Shown here: positions 28,595 to 41,700 of the stretch, piece after piece
Layout of the letters: each line of letters begins with the position of its first letter
Position numbering within the stretch: the first letter of the stretch is position 1
Assembly: GCA_036339735.1 (NCBI GenBank)
Contig: JAYZAL010000070.1
Span: 1 to 49,436, forward strand
Origin: Candidatus Poribacteria bacterium
GTDB taxonomy: Bacteria > Poribacteria > WGA-4E > UBA9662
Direction of reading: 5' to 3'
Length of the DNA: 49,436 nt
Made by a program: the position numbers and the translations under genes
Notes under the pieces: generated by a model
The model's input: only the letters and a program-made list of their open reading frames with translations
What the model was told of the DNA's origin: nothing
Databases searched by the model: none

Positions 28595-29383
28595 TTGTCG
28601 GTGAGCCAAACAAATCAGAACCAAAAAGTAGCTATTGTAACAGGAGGAGCCTCAGGTATTGGACGGGCTACAGCTTTGCGGTTTGCGCAGATGGAGCGGA
28701 GCAACAGTGCTAGATGCTTAGTAGTAGTGGCTGACCAGAATTCCGTTGATGGACAACATACAGTTGATCTGATTCGTGAACAGAATGGCAATGGCTATTT
28801 TTTTTGTGTTGATGTTTCGGAGGCTGAAGAGATGAAAGCTTTAGTTAAATCAACCATGGAAACTTTTGGCCGTTTAGACTATGCACATAACAATGCAGGT
28901 ATTAGTGGGGAAAAGAGGTCGATCATTGATTGCAGTGAAGAAAATTGGGATCGAGTTATCAGCGTTAACTTGAAAGGTGTTTGGCTAGGTATGAAATACC
29001 AGATTCCAGCCATGATTAAATCAGGGGGAGGTGCCATCGTGAATACTTCTTCCATTCTAGGGTTTCAAGGGGCACCTGGTATACCTGCGTATGGCGCTAG
29101 TAAACATGCTGTGATCGGTTTAACCAAGACCGCTGCGCTGGAATTTGCCCAGCATAATATACGTGTTAATACTATCTGTCCTGGAGCTATCCGGACTCCT
29201 ATGATCTCTCCTCTAACTGGTGATAGCGATGAGGGTGAAAGGCAGTTTACACGCGGACATCCGTTCCAGCGTATGGGAACACCATCAGAAATCGCTGAAG
29301 CCGTCGTTTGGTTATGCTCTGACTCAGCTTCTTTTGTAACCGGTCAAGTATTAACAGCAGATGGTGGTTACACTCTTCAATAA
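28595..29383 (+). CDS. Short-chain dehydrogenase/reductase (classical SDR)
   Basis: TGGASGIG, NNAG, YGASKHAV (YxxxK), PG, DGG. Confidence 0.93.
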   Translation: MSVSQTNQNQKVAIVTGGASGIGRATALRFAQMERSNSARCLVVVADQNSVDGQHTVDLIREQNGNGYFFCVDVSEAEEMKALVKSTMETFGRLDYAHNNAGISGEKRSIIDCSEENWDRVISVNLKGVWLGMKYQIPAMIKSGGGAIVNTSSILGFQGAPGIPAYGASKHAVIGLTKTAALEFAQHNIRVNTICPGAIRTPMISPLTGDSDEGERQFTRGHPFQRMGTPSEIAEAVVWLCSDSASFVTGQVLTADGGYTLQ

Positions 29384-30181
29384 TTGGGTAATGATTTGAA
29401 ACTTGCATTTATTGGGGATGTAGTTGGTAAACCAGGTCGAAGAGCTGTCCGAGAGTTAGTTCCCGAATTGCTAAACCAATTTGGCCAACTAGATGCAATA
29501 GTAATCAACGGTGAAAACTCGGCTGGATTTCGAGGTATTACCCATCGGATTTTCCAAGAGCTAATACAAGTTGGTGCCGACGTCGTTACCACGGGCAATC
29601 ATGTGTGGGCTCAGCAGGATATATTCCGGTTTATTGATGACGATGGCCGTATAACTCGTCCAGCGAATTATCCGGGTAAAGTGCCTGGTCGTGGATTTTC
29701 CGTAGTTACAATGAAAAACGGTGGTCGTTTAGCTGTGATTAACTTAGCTGGTCAGCTGTTCATGGCGGCTTTTAATAACCCTTTTCAAGCACTAGACCTA
29801 ATTTTGCCAAATTTGGAAGCAGAAACTGATTTTATTTTAGTAGATTTCCATGCAGAAGCGACTTCAGAAAAAATCGCGATGGGTTGGCATGCGGATGGTC
29901 GGGTCAGTGCAGTTGTCGGTACACACACACACGTCCAAACAGCTGATGAACGGATATTACCTGAAGGTACAGCCTATATTACCGACGTTGGCATGACAGG
30001 CCCTCATGATTCAGTTCTTGGTATTCAAAGTGATCTTGTTCTAAAAAATTTCACTACTATGTTACCAGCAAGGTTCCAAGTTGCAAGTAGTAATATCAAG
30101 ATGTGTGGAGTAATAATACAAATTGATGAGCAAACCGGAAAGTCAACGTCGATCAACAGGTTTCAATTATCTTTGCTTTGA
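29384..30181 (+). CDS. ymdB: YmdB-family metallophosphoesterase (2',3'-cyclic nucleotide phosphodiesterase)
   Basis: FIGDVVGKPG, NGEN, TGNH, RPANYP, DFHAEATSEK, GTHTHVQTAD, TDVGMTGP. Confidence 0.92.
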   Translation: MGNDLKLAFIGDVVGKPGRRAVRELVPELLNQFGQLDAIVINGENSAGFRGITHRIFQELIQVGADVVTTGNHVWAQQDIFRFIDDDGRITRPANYPGKVPGRGFSVVTMKNGGRLAVINLAGQLFMAAFNNPFQALDLILPNLEAETDFILVDFHAEATSEKIAMGWHADGRVSAVVGTHTHVQTADERILPEGTAYITDVGMTGPHDSVLGIQSDLVLKNFTTMLPARFQVASSNIKMCGVIIQIDEQTGKSTSINRFQLSLL

Positions 30182-30226
30182 ACTGGTGGTAATACTAGTT
30201 ATGCAGGTTGGAGTTTCACCCATTAA

Positions 30227-32098
30227 ATGAAATATTTACAACAAATTGATAGCTCCAGTGATCTAAAAAATCTGGATATACCAGAGTTACAACTATTGGC
30301 TGATGACATACGTCAATATCTGATTTCTGTGTTATCCCAAACTCCAGGACATTTTGCACCTAACTTCGCTACAGTCGAGTTAGCCATAGCTTTGCATAAT
30401 GTTTTTGACACCCCAGCCGATAAAATTATTTGGGACATTGGGCACCAAGCTTATCCACATAAACTACTAACTGGGCGTCGCGACCAATTTCCATCTATTC
30501 GCCAGCAAGGCGGAATTAGTGGCTTTTTACATAGGGATGAAAGTGAATATGATGTTTTTGGAGCCGGACATTCTAGTACTTCATTAGCCGCTGCCCTAGG
30601 TATCGCTTCAGCTAGAGATTTACAGAAAGAAGATTTCAAGGTAGTTTCGGTTATTGGTGACGGGGGGTTAACAGGTGGTATGGCTTTTGAAGCTATGAAC
30701 ACCGCAGGTGATTATGGAAAAGACTTAATCGCAGTGTTGAATGACAACCAGATGTCAATTTCGGCAACTGTTGGGGCTTTTGCCAAATATTTCAGTCGTC
30801 TTACAGCTAGTCCAACTTATAATGTCCTCCGCACCAAATTCAAGGAATTCTTGTCTCACGTACCCACCGATGCACGTCAAGTTGTTAAGCGCCTAGAGGT
30901 TGCAACCAAACCTGGTATGTTGTTCGAGGAATTTGGATTTCGCTATTTTGGTCCAATAGACGGTCATGATATTGAGCTATTATTAGAAATATTCACTCGT
31001 GTGAAGAATTTACCGGAACCTATTCTGGTTCATGTCCTAACTAAAAAAGGAAAAGGTTATCAGGTTGCAGAGAACGATCCTATTGGTTTTTATGCTGTCT
31101 CTGGGAAGTTTGATCCAAAGACAGGTCAAGCCTTAGCCGTAGGATCAAAACCCACCAAGAATTACACAGATGTTTTTAGTGAGACCTTAGTCAATTTTGC
31201 TCGAAATGATCAGCGTTTGGTTGCAATTACGGCAGCTATGCCAACGGGTACTGGGTTAGACAAATTCCAAACCTTGTTCCCTGATCGTTTTTTTGATGTA
31301 GGACTAGCTGAACAGTGTGCAGTTACTTTTGCAGCTGGTTTAGCAACAGAAAAATTGAAACCAGTAGTCGCAATTTATTCGACGTTTTTACAACGATCAT
31401 ATGACCAAATTCTACACGATGTTTGTATTCAAAATTTGCCTGTCATTTTCGCTTTGGATCGAGCGGGATTGGTTGGAGCTGATGGTCCAACACACCATGG
31501 AGTATTTGATTTCTCCTATCTACGACACATGCCTAACATAGTTATGATGGCTCCCAAAGACGAAAATGAACTACAAGAAATGATTGCAACTGCAGTTGAT
31601 TATCAGGAAGGGCCAATCGCATTGCGCTACCCACGTGGTACAGGAGTTGGTGTACCATTAGCAAATAAACCTAAAGCTCTATCTGTTGGTAAGGCTGAGA
31701 TTCTTAAAACAGGTCAAGATCTATTAATTCTAGCAGTCGGTAACCGAGTCTATCCTTCTTTGGAAGCAGCGAATGTCTTGGAAGATATGGGGGTTAAGAC
31801 TACGGTAGTTAATGCTCGATTTGTTAAACCGCTTGATGTGAGCTTGATTGTGTCTTTGGCTAAAAAAATTGGCAAAGTAATTACAGTCGAAGATAATGCT
31901 TTAGCGGGTGGTTTTGGGAGTGCAGTTGTCGAATTATTGTCTGACCACCATGTTCTAGCATATATTAAACGGCTTGGTATTCCTGATAAATTTATAGAAC
32001 ACGGTGACGTTAAGGCTCTGTATAGTCAGTGTGGGTGTGACGAGCAAGGTATAGTTACAGCTGGCCAAGCTCTTTGTAAGTCAAACCTCGAGTTATAG
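30227..32098 (+). CDS. dxs: 1-deoxy-D-xylulose-5-phosphate synthase
   Basis: WDIGHQAYPHKLLTGR, GHSSTS, GDGGLTGGMAFEA...NDN, YSTFLQR, DRAGLVGADGPTHHG. Confidence 0.97.
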   Translation: MKYLQQIDSSSDLKNLDIPELQLLADDIRQYLISVLSQTPGHFAPNFATVELAIALHNVFDTPADKIIWDIGHQAYPHKLLTGRRDQFPSIRQQGGISGFLHRDESEYDVFGAGHSSTSLAAALGIASARDLQKEDFKVVSVIGDGGLTGGMAFEAMNTAGDYGKDLIAVLNDNQMSISATVGAFAKYFSRLTASPTYNVLRTKFKEFLSHVPTDARQVVKRLEVATKPGMLFEEFGFRYFGPIDGHDIELLLEIFTRVKNLPEPILVHVLTKKGKGYQVAENDPIGFYAVSGKFDPKTGQALAVGSKPTKNYTDVFSETLVNFARNDQRLVAITAAMPTGTGLDKFQTLFPDRFFDVGLAEQCAVTFAAGLATEKLKPVVAIYSTFLQRSYDQILHDVCIQNLPVIFALDRAGLVGADGPTHHGVFDFSYLRHMPNIVMMAPKDENELQEMIATAVDYQEGPIALRYPRGTGVGVPLANKPKALSVGKAEILKTGQDLLILAVGNRVYPSLEAANVLEDMGVKTTVVNARFVKPLDVSLIVSLAKKIGKVITVEDNALAGGFGSAVVELLSDHHVLAYIKRLGIPDKFIEHGDVKALYSQCGCDEQGIVTAGQALCKSNLEL

Positions 32099-32121
32099 AA
32101 TCTAGTTAGAAGGGAAGTAAA

Positions 32122-32886
32122 ATGAAACATTCTCAGATTGCAGCTCAACTTTATACTTTACGAGATTTTACTAAAACACCCGCCGATATTGCTTCCACTA
32201 TGAAGAAAGTTAAGCAAATCGGTTACGATGCAGTTCAATGCTCCGCCTTAGGACCGATTGAACCAGTAGAACTTAAAAAAATTGTTGATGGGGAAGGACT
32301 TACCATCTGCGCAACTCATACTAGTTACCAGATTATGCGCGAAAATCCACAGCTGGTAATCGACAATCATCAGTTGTGGGAGTGTAAACATGCAGCCATT
32401 GGTGGATTACCCAATGAGTATCGTACTGGAGAAGACACTTACACACACTTCGCACAAGAGGCTTCTCAAGTAGCTAAGCGGTTAGCTGATGGTGGGCTAA
32501 TCTTCTCGTATCACAACCACAGTTTCGAATTGGAGCGGTTTGGTAGCCGCACGGCGCTCCAAATCCTCTATGATGAAAGCGACCCACAACTATTCAACAG
32601 CGAAATTGACACTTATTGGATCCAGCATGGTGGAGGGGACTCTGCAGACTGGATCCGACGTCTCAAAGGTCGAGCTAAAATAGTTCATTTTAAGGATATG
32701 GCTGTTATTAACGGCAAGCCCGTGATGGCTGAAGTCGGAGAAGGCAACCTAAACTGGCAATCAATTATCGAATCTTGTATTTACGCTGGTACGGAATGGT
32801 ATATTGTTGAACAAGATGTTTGTCAGAGGGACCCATTCGATAGCCTCAAAATTAGCCTAGAAAACTTGAAGAGTATGATAAGATAA
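32122..32886 (+). CDS. Sugar phosphate isomerase/epimerase (xylose-isomerase-like TIM barrel)
   Basis: QLYTLR, YHNHSFE, EIDTYW, HFKD, GEGNLNW, IVEQD. Confidence 0.88.
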   Translation: MKHSQIAAQLYTLRDFTKTPADIASTMKKVKQIGYDAVQCSALGPIEPVELKKIVDGEGLTICATHTSYQIMRENPQLVIDNHQLWECKHAAIGGLPNEYRTGEDTYTHFAQEASQVAKRLADGGLIFSYHNHSFELERFGSRTALQILYDESDPQLFNSEIDTYWIQHGGGDSADWIRRLKGRAKIVHFKDMAVINGKPVMAEVGEGNLNWQSIIESCIYAGTEWYIVEQDVCQRDPFDSLKISLENLKSMIR

Positions 32887-32893
32887 TACTTAA

Positions 32894-35758
32894 TTAGAAA
32901 GCTTGACCCAGCTCTAAGTATGTTCTAGCCTTTGGTGTCGCCGACGAATCTGCGAATGGGTATGCATAGTCAAATCGAATTGGCCCAATTGGAGTGTCAA
33001 TTCGTAAACCTATGCCGATCGAAGACCTTAGTTCTATATTTCCTTTTTGTAACGATGAACTGACTTCTGATATCTCATCCCAAACGTTGCCTGCATCAAA
33101 GAAAAGTGTTCCACTTACTAACCCGTAGATCGGAAATCTCAATTCTGAATTCAAAACTAGGAAAAAGTCTCCCCGTTGCGTTTTTTCGGGACCTAAAGAT
33201 CTCTCAGCATAGCCTCGAACAGTTGTAGACCCCCCGGCATAAAACCGCTCAAATGAGATGATTGGATTCTGACGATTAGAACGTAATCCCTCTGCATACC
33301 CAGAACGAACGGAACTAGCAAGGACTAATCCTCCGTAAATTTTCTGAAAATATCGATGGTCTGTTGTTAATTTAATAAAACTGGCTTTCCCACCAATAAA
33401 ACCACCTGCGTACTCAATGGCTATCTCATTTAGCCAACCGTTTTGGGGATCGAGAAATCGGTCTCGATTATCTCTTCGAAACGAAACTCCTAAGCTGCTA
33501 ACGGTCGTAGTACTAAGAACTTTATTTTTTATCAATTTCTCTCTGCTATATTGTAGTTCTTGGTATTTATATTGTAGAGCTAAATTACTATTAGGGTTGA
33601 TTCTCTTTGCTAAATTTGTTGTAAATCCTCTTGCTCGCACATCTTCTCGCTCCTCCAAATTATCTTCGAATAGACGGAATGTACCAATCGTTTGACCGAT
33701 CAGCCAGGGTTCAACGATCGTGGCTTCATACAAATTCCCACGAGAACTAATACGAATTTTCATCCCAGCTCGTAAATTACGACCATAAAGATTATAGTCA
33801 ACTAGCTCAACAGTGGTTCGTAAACGGTCCAGTGGATTATAACCACCACTCAGACTAATTCCTTTGGTCTTTTTTTCACTGACTGTTAGTATCACGTCCA
33901 AAACTGCCTTTTTTTGTCTTAGATCTGGCAAGTCTATTACTACATTGTTGAATAGTCCTAACATGAATAAGCGCTGCTTAATTTTATCTAAATTTTTTCG
34001 GCTAAGTGTTTCACCCTGTCTTAAACCTAAATTTTCAAATTCTCTGATTAATACATGTTTTTTCGTTTGATGGTTACCTACAATTGATAAGTTCCCCATC
34101 TCGACAATTTGTCCTTCTTCCAACTGATAATGTAAAGTGCCATTTTCATATTTAGGTTCGCTTGTGGCATAAATATAACCAATTTCATCATATTTGGCTT
34201 GAATTAACATCTGGTCTTGCATAACTAAATCAATATTGTATGCCATATCAGGCTTAACTTTTAACCATTGCCGAATTTCCCAGTCTTTAAATACCGTATT
34301 ACCATCGAAATCAATCGACCTCACTACTTGTTTTCCCATTTCTCGGCAAATGAAAGTTAAACGAAGTTTTTTTTCATCATCTAGTACTTTATCATTCTCG
34401 ACGGTAACCTGGTTAAATCCATTTTGTCGATAAAATCGTTCAATGGCTCGACGATCTTGTTCAAAGATCGTCGGATTGAAAAGTCCTCCTGGAGTCCGTC
34501 CTGGTAAAATCGCGTCAACAAAACGCTTAATTTGTGATCTCGTTCGTGGGCGAGTTTTAATTTGATCGAGTAACTCAGTATGTCTGAATACCCGATTACC
34601 AACAAAAGTGATAGACTCAATTGGTTTCGGTGGTTCAGTTTCGATTTTAAATTCGATTTTTGTAATACCTTGATGGCTATTGACTATGGGCGGAACCTTC
34701 TCAACTTGGAAGGCAACTATGGGATCCAAGTAGCCACGTTGCTGATAAAATTGACGGATCCATCTAGCGTTACCTCTCAGAGTAAATGGAGAATAGTTGT
34801 CTTGTTGGTCAAACTTAATGGTCTTTGTCAACTCTTTCCAGAGCTTTTCTACTGTTTTATCGTTTGATACCCCTGAAAAGATAACTTTTGGCCCCTCTTG
34901 AATCTGAATAACCAGCTCGATCTGATTGTTTTTCTTTTCATAATTTTCAATGGCTTTGATTTGAACTGTTAAATAACCCGCCCGACGGTAGTAACGTTTA
35001 AGCGTTTCTATATCCTGATATAAGATTGACCGATTATAAGTACTACTAATCTTAGTATTGATTTGCTTGAATAATTTTCTTCGTGTGAAATGATAGTTAC
35101 CTAAAAATACAATTTGCTCAATTTTAGTAACTTCACCTGCATTGATATGAAACTTAATATCGATGTTTAATTGCCCTTCTTCATTAATTTTGCTATAAAT
35201 TCGAGGTTCAAAAAAACCGTGTTCTTGGTGCAATGCCTTAAGGCGTTTTTCATCTTCCGTAATTAAATGACTTGTGTAACTCACCCCAGGTTTAGCTTTC
35301 AAAATAGATTGGCATAATTCCTTACTTAATTGCTTGTCTTTCCGTCCACTTGGACCAAAGATTAGTTCTACTCGACCACATCGTTTTCGACTTGTCATCT
35401 GAAATGCCAAAATGGCCCCTTCAGTTCCTTGATTGCGAAGCACTACAACTGTAATCTCTTCGTACTCTCCTTGTCGGTAGATAGACTCAATACTGCGACG
35501 GACCTGATGCCTTTGTAAAGGTAAATTGATCTCGATTTCGGTACGATTTTTCAGTCTCTCGAGGGTGGTCTCATCGTCAATGACTTCACCATTTAAATAA
35601 TACTCAATACTTTTAATAACAGGTATGTGATTGGAATTGACAGAAAAGGTTGTCAATTCAGCTAATACTGACAAGTTGAACGAGTATAGGAGAAAATAAA
35701 GAATTAGGAAATGACAGATTCGCTCGATTTGGTTAGCTATCTGCGATAGTAACATCAA
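32894..35758 (-). CDS. Omp85-family outer membrane assembly protein (BamA/TamA type) with about 7 POTRA domains
   Basis: Repeated IxFxGN...YxxxGY POTRA units; FYAGGSTTVRGY loop-6 motif; GLRIDTPIGPIRFDYA; C-terminal GQAF. Confidence 0.9.
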   Translation of the reverse strand: MMLLSQIANQIERICHFLILYFLLYSFNLSVLAELTTFSVNSNHIPVIKSIEYYLNGEVIDDETTLERLKNRTEIEINLPLQRHQVRRSIESIYRQGEYEEITVVVLRNQGTEGAILAFQMTSRKRCGRVELIFGPSGRKDKQLSKELCQSILKAKPGVSYTSHLITEDEKRLKALHQEHGFFEPRIYSKINEEGQLNIDIKFHINAGEVTKIEQIVFLGNYHFTRRKLFKQINTKISSTYNRSILYQDIETLKRYYRRAGYLTVQIKAIENYEKKNNQIELVIQIQEGPKVIFSGVSNDKTVEKLWKELTKTIKFDQQDNYSPFTLRGNARWIRQFYQQRGYLDPIVAFQVEKVPPIVNSHQGITKIEFKIETEPPKPIESITFVGNRVFRHTELLDQIKTRPRTRSQIKRFVDAILPGRTPGGLFNPTIFEQDRRAIERFYRQNGFNQVTVENDKVLDDEKKLRLTFICREMGKQVVRSIDFDGNTVFKDWEIRQWLKVKPDMAYNIDLVMQDQMLIQAKYDEIGYIYATSEPKYENGTLHYQLEEGQIVEMGNLSIVGNHQTKKHVLIREFENLGLRQGETLSRKNLDKIKQRLFMLGLFNNVVIDLPDLRQKKAVLDVILTVSEKKTKGISLSGGYNPLDRLRTTVELVDYNLYGRNLRAGMKIRISSRGNLYEATIVEPWLIGQTIGTFRLFEDNLEEREDVRARGFTTNLAKRINPNSNLALQYKYQELQYSREKLIKNKVLSTTTVSSLGVSFRRDNRDRFLDPQNGWLNEIAIEYAGGFIGGKASFIKLTTDHRYFQKIYGGLVLASSVRSGYAEGLRSNRQNPIISFERFYAGGSTTVRGYAERSLGPEKTQRGDFFLVLNSELRFPIYGLVSGTLFFDAGNVWDEISEVSSSLQKGNIELRSSIGIGLRIDTPIGPIRFDYAYPFADSSATPKARTYLELGQAF

Positions 35759-35765
35759 TTTTTCA

Positions 35766-38700
35766 TTAAAACCGTTTTTCGATTTTTAGGTCGACACCAA
35801 ATTTCCCTTCGTCCCGCTCACCTTTGATGGCAAAATTCTTTCCTAACTCGTACTCAATCTCAATACGAGGTTCGGAATGCAGTTGAAATGTCGAAGAATA
35901 AGTCAAGGCTAATCGATTTGAAATTTCCTTGGTAAGAAGGAAACGAGATGATTCAAATTCGTTTGGATTGAGATCAAAGCGTGTTTGCCTAAAACCCATT
36001 AGTTGAGCAAGCCGTCCACTAAAGTAGCGCTGGCTCTGCTGTAGGACAAAGCTCGATACCATCGGTGAAAGTTGATCTTGTGTTCTGATTAGTGTGTCAG
36101 TGCTGCCGAAAGTTGCTGTTTGTAAGGTTGAAGGATCAATCATACCTAGTGTCAGAATGGAAAGAATTTGTTTCTGCTCGAGCCGATATTCTTCGCCGAC
36201 TTCTTTCTCCAATACTTCTGCTGATAAAACTGGGTTGTGTTTTTCATTCAGGTACCCATTCAGGTTCGCTCGGATCACTAGGTCTCGATTACGAATTTGA
36301 CCGTCAACTGTAATCAAATCGACGTTCCGAATCGGTTGAGTCGTTTCGCTTAGAATCGTGTATTTGGGATTAAAAACAAATTGGCTACTATTATTTTCGA
36401 TGTAAGATCCGGGTAAAATTTTGAACGGTTGATCAACAGCAAACAAGGAAAATTCACCTTGTAATAGGTCAACACGACCATTAAGAATTGGTTGCCAAAC
36501 AGGACCTGTTAATTGACCATTAATAGCAGTCTCAATTTCAATATCACCGAATTCTGATATAATTTTGACATTTTCGGGAGCGGAAAGCTCGAGATTTAAC
36601 TTTAAATGTTGCCAGAAAGGAAACTCTGAGATGAATTGACGTAATGCTAAATCACTAGAAGTATCAGACCAAATCGAGACTAAATCCTCCCAGCGTTGAG
36701 CATATTGGCCTTCGCTAAAACTTAAATTACCTTTTAAATTTCCGGTCAATGGCTTCCAAGTAAATGGCGATTGGCTACTGGAGGTAGTTTGTCCTTCCAG
36801 TATTAAATCGGCCTGATTTAAGCGAATAAAATACAAGTTCGGTTCTTCAAATACACACCCTTCGGCAAGTTGAAATTCTAAGTGTAAGTCGGTGATAATT
36901 TGGTCTGCTACTGATGACCACTGAGATTTGACCCAGCCTCCTAATTTGTAAGTGCCATCATTGATTTGTCCTTGACACTGACGAATAGCAATTCCTTTAT
37001 CAGTAAACGCTAAATCAATATCTGTTTGCTTGATATTAACGCGTTGATCCGGCAGGTTGACTTGTACTTGTTCAAATTTTGCCATTCCTTTCAATTCAGG
37101 GTCTGATACATATCCTCCAAGTGTGAGATTCAAATAACCTATACCGTTTGCATAACCGAATTGTGGAAACAATAATGGCAAGATCCCTAGGTCCTTAGTT
37201 TGTAAGTCAAACCTACCATTGATTGGTCGCTGGCCAGTCAGTTCACTTTCCCCTATTTCCAAATCAAAAAGCAGTTGATTTTTGTCTATCTTAATTCGAA
37301 TTGGTTGGTCAGGTTTACCAACAAATAGACGTTTTTTATCAAAAATTACTTCGCCACCGAAGATATCCACTTCAGATTGGTTAATTCGAATTGGTGTTTT
37401 CGTTTGACTATAGTTAACTTTAAAATATGGATTTTTCAGTGTGCCTCCTAGGTAGAAATCAGTGTTCAATCGACCACTAATCGACAAACCTGAGGGTATT
37501 TTGGAGTCTAAACCAAGTAACTGAACTAATGTTTGCAAATTAATATTAGAAATGAGAACATTAAGGTCAAATTGATCCGATATATGCCAATTTCCCGAGC
37601 CTGTAATTGTTAGTTCATCTGAATCTATTTCATTTTCCATTTTCAGAAGGCGACTTTCACTGACTAAAGTAAACGGATCTATTGTCAACTGTTGTTGTTT
37701 TAAATCGAATCTTAAGGGGCGAACATTAACAAGATTTTTAGTCCAACGACCGTGGGTTGTGTCATCGTCGTGTATTAGCTTATCATTTTCTCTTTCGGTA
37801 CCTAGATTTTCCATTTGACGAATTTGTAACTCAAGTTTTTTAATTGTCAAATCAACAATTGGGTCCTTCACCTTAGCATCTATTTTTTGTTCCATTAAAG
37901 GTATAATACAACTAAAATTACCCGTTAATTGGCCCGCGACCAGCTCAAGAAATCGTTCATTTACTACGTTATTTGATTGGTTAACGTAATTGTACCAAGC
38001 TGAAGATAGAGTGATGATATCTGAAACTTCAGCTTCTTTAAATTGAAAGTCTTCCACTATCAAATTCTTGAATTTCAATCTATCGAGTTCAATTTTTGTT
38101 CTTGTGTTATAATGGCTATCAAGGAGACTAAATCTAAAGTTCGACGATAACAAACCGACTGGTCCTGCGCTAACTAATGTTTCAATTTTGGAAAAAGGCA
38201 AACCGAGAAAATTCATATTTCCATCTGTCAATTCAAAGTTCCCGCGCAGATGGGGATTTGCAGGTGTACCTCCTAAATGAAAATCAACTTTCATTTGTCC
38301 AGATACCTCGTTAGGCCAAATTGAGTTAACCCAATCAAGATTTTTTAACTCGGTTATCTCTTTCGCAAATTGAGAAATTTCTCCCACGTCTATAAATTCT
38401 CCACTAAGTCTAAAATTCATCGGTTGATTTGGAACTGCCCACTTTTCTTTACCGTAACTGGGTAAAAAAGAGATATTAGCAGGAAAATAACCTGAAAGTT
38501 TTAGGGATTCATCATTAGATTTACCATCCTCAAACTTCACCTCAGCTTTGAATAAATCATCTTGATAAGCCAATTGACCACTTAACTTAGCGGGGAAAAA
38601 ATCTATTTCCCAAACTGAATCAATATTGGGTTTCTCTAACGACTGTGTCACGACCATTTGGCCACTCAACAGATGTTCTTTCCTTTTCTGCCGTTTATCA

Positions 38701-41700
38701 AAATTCAGTTCCAAATTCGACATCAAGGGAGATATTAAACTATATGCAGCAGACAAGGGAATTTGGTAAAACTCAACCACAAGTGGTTTAGGCTCGATAA
38801 GATTACTGGTTGATTGTTTTAGGGCCAATTGGCCATGGGCTTTTAGAACCGTTTCATTGTCGTTAACAGCTTGGGTTGAAAAAGAAAAATTATCAATCTC
38901 TAAGAGATTATTACGGTAAAAAAGGTGGATTGGCTGTCGTACGTAAAAGGGTGTATATCCTACGTTTAATGATAGCGTAGAACAGGAGATAACTGCAGAA
39001 TTCAGAACTAGACCTTCACCTTCAAATTGGCTAGTAAAATGTATAAGTCCATTGGCTGATTTATCGGAAGCCTTTGCTAAATATTGCTTAAGGTAAGGCT
39101 GAAGTTCTACTTCAACCCCATTCATATTTAATTTCCATTTCTCTAATTGGACCGTTCTTTTCGAGTAATTAGCAATCAAACGTGTTTCACCATTAGCTTC
39201 ATACAATTCACTAACTTTCGAACCGCTGGATTTCCATTCGGCATTAGTTAAACGAATATCAATATTACTAACCGCATCCAAATTATTAGTGGGAGATTTC
39301 AGTGAAGGTAACTTACTGCTAGCCTTTAGGTGAGCTGTTAGATTATTGATTGGTATTGGTAATACACTAGACTCAAGGTTTACTTGGTGAAGACCAACTG
39401 AGCCTATAAAATTGGGATAATCTAAACTTCCACTGACTTCTGCCGAAATGTCTACTAGACCAGTTAAATGATGATCTACTGGCCAGAATGATGACAAGTT
39501 TAGATTAGCCAAATCAAAATCATTACACTGCAAAGAAATTTTGTTTTGACTTTTAGGGAACTCAATTGCTTCAGAAGAAAACACAATTTCTGGTAAGGAT
39601 TGATTAAGCGAAAATTGTCCCCACAAATTGACCAAGTTCTCATTAATGAAAAGGTTGGTTTGGCTTAATGTCACTCTTTCATCGTCAACTTTCAAAAACC
39701 CAACACTACCGTCTAATCGAAGGTTAAGCGTCTTGTTCTTCTCAACGTCTTTCTGTATTGAGAGGGAAAGTTTGGGGGTTACCCATTCAACAGTTAAATT
39801 ATCCAAAGAATTATTGGCCAATAGACGGTACCTTATTTGACCTGCTGCTACCGATGGAAGATCAAAGAATTTTGTAAAGTAGGATGCCGACATCTGGCCA
39901 TTGGCAAATTCATGGATTGATATATCCGTACTTACCGGATCTGCTGCTTTAGGTCGTATCTGTTTATTTTTGACTAAAAAAGTCGTTTCAGTCTCTTTGC
40001 TTCCTTGCAAAAAGAGTCGTTCGATGTTCCACCCTTTGTCATCTTGACTTTGTATTGGACCATACTGAATTCGTACCGCTCCTTGATTTGTCAGTTGTTT
40101 TAACGATTTTGCGTCCTCAAGGTTTGTGTTATTTAGTAGATCAGAAGAAAAATTAGGAATTAACGACAAACTACTGAGTTCCATATCCAACTCGACTGTA
40201 GATAAATTTTCGAGTTGACCATTTAACATCATTTCGCCTTCAGCTGTTCCTTGAAAATACCGGCCAATATATGGGTTAATAATTTTCAGAATGGGGCTAA
40301 TGGCCATCTGTTTACCACGCAGTAATAGTTGGTAAGGTGTACCAACTGCCGCTTGTATTGTTCCCAGTAGACGACAGCTTTTATCAAACCCAATCCCTTC
40401 TAAATCAAGCCGATTATCTGAATAAACTCCAGTAATTGTTGCATCCGGTAGCCCGATTTTATTAGAATCCAGATGATAGTGTACGCTTTTTAAGTCAGCT
40501 TGAAGATCAAGGTGCGGATAATTAGCATTTCCTTCGCCCACCGCGGTGACTACCAACTGGGAATCGAGTGGGAATTCAGGAATATTCTTTGCATAAGCCA
40601 CTTGTTGAAGACTGATCGGATCAGTTTTAAAACTGAGTCTATAATTTAGCTGGGGGTCAATTTCAAATTTCATTACCCCTCTTTGCTTCCGAGCAAATAG
40701 TTCAAAATTTTCTATTTTAACTAAATAGTCATCAATTACCATTGGAAGAGTTAGCGGATCGAATTCTAGCCCCCAAGCTTTTGCATCCGAAATTTTGAAA
40801 TTACCACGCCCATCCAAAGACGTCAGATTACCGTTCAGGTAAAGATGCCCTTTAGCCAAACCTTCTACTGGATAATCCGCACCAACTAATCGAATATAGT
40901 CTTCAATATAAAAGGGATCGGTCTTAAGAATAAGATCTACAGGTACATTCCCAGATGTTTTAGCGGTTCCAATAATTGTCAAAACACTTTGGTTCTTGAC
41001 GAGTGTAAGTGGTTGGATAGTGACGATACCAGATTCGTAATTAAAGTCAGTTGTTAAAATACCTATTGGTACTTTAAATAATTGAGCCTTTGGTACCTGT
41101 AATCTTCCGTTGATTTTTTGACCAATAACCTGTCCGTTTAATTTTCCAGTTCCACTTAGGTCAGGTATATCAAGAATTTGAGATAACTTTCCCATCTGAA
41201 TTTTCTGAATTGAGAGATCAAGGATCCTTTCCTCGGTCAGTCCCGCTGCACCAGCAATTATAATATTGGCTTCATCCAAATTTGCTCTAGCTTGTAGTTG
41301 GTCTTTGCGGATGGTCCAGTTGAGTTCCGACGTGCTGATTGGAATCTTGTTTAGCTGACCATTGGTGTATATGAGTTGACCATCAATTTTACATTCATCC
41401 AAGTCAAGACTATTACCGCTAAATTCCACCTTGGTATTTACCTGTCCCGTCGCAAGAACTATACGAGTTAGATCGTAAATCGGAGGGAAAAACTCCTCAG
41501 CTTTTGCATTCAGTAATTCTATTTCTCCTTTATAGCTTATATCTGACTCGGGATATGCTTTTTTTATTTCTGCGTGTCCATTTAGCACCCCTCCAGCCAT
41601 TTTGCCTGAAATCTCACGTAACAGTAATTGTTTTTCCGAAAAACGGGCGTAAGTAGTAAACTCTTCTACTGTTAATTCATTAAGCTTGGCGAACGGCAAG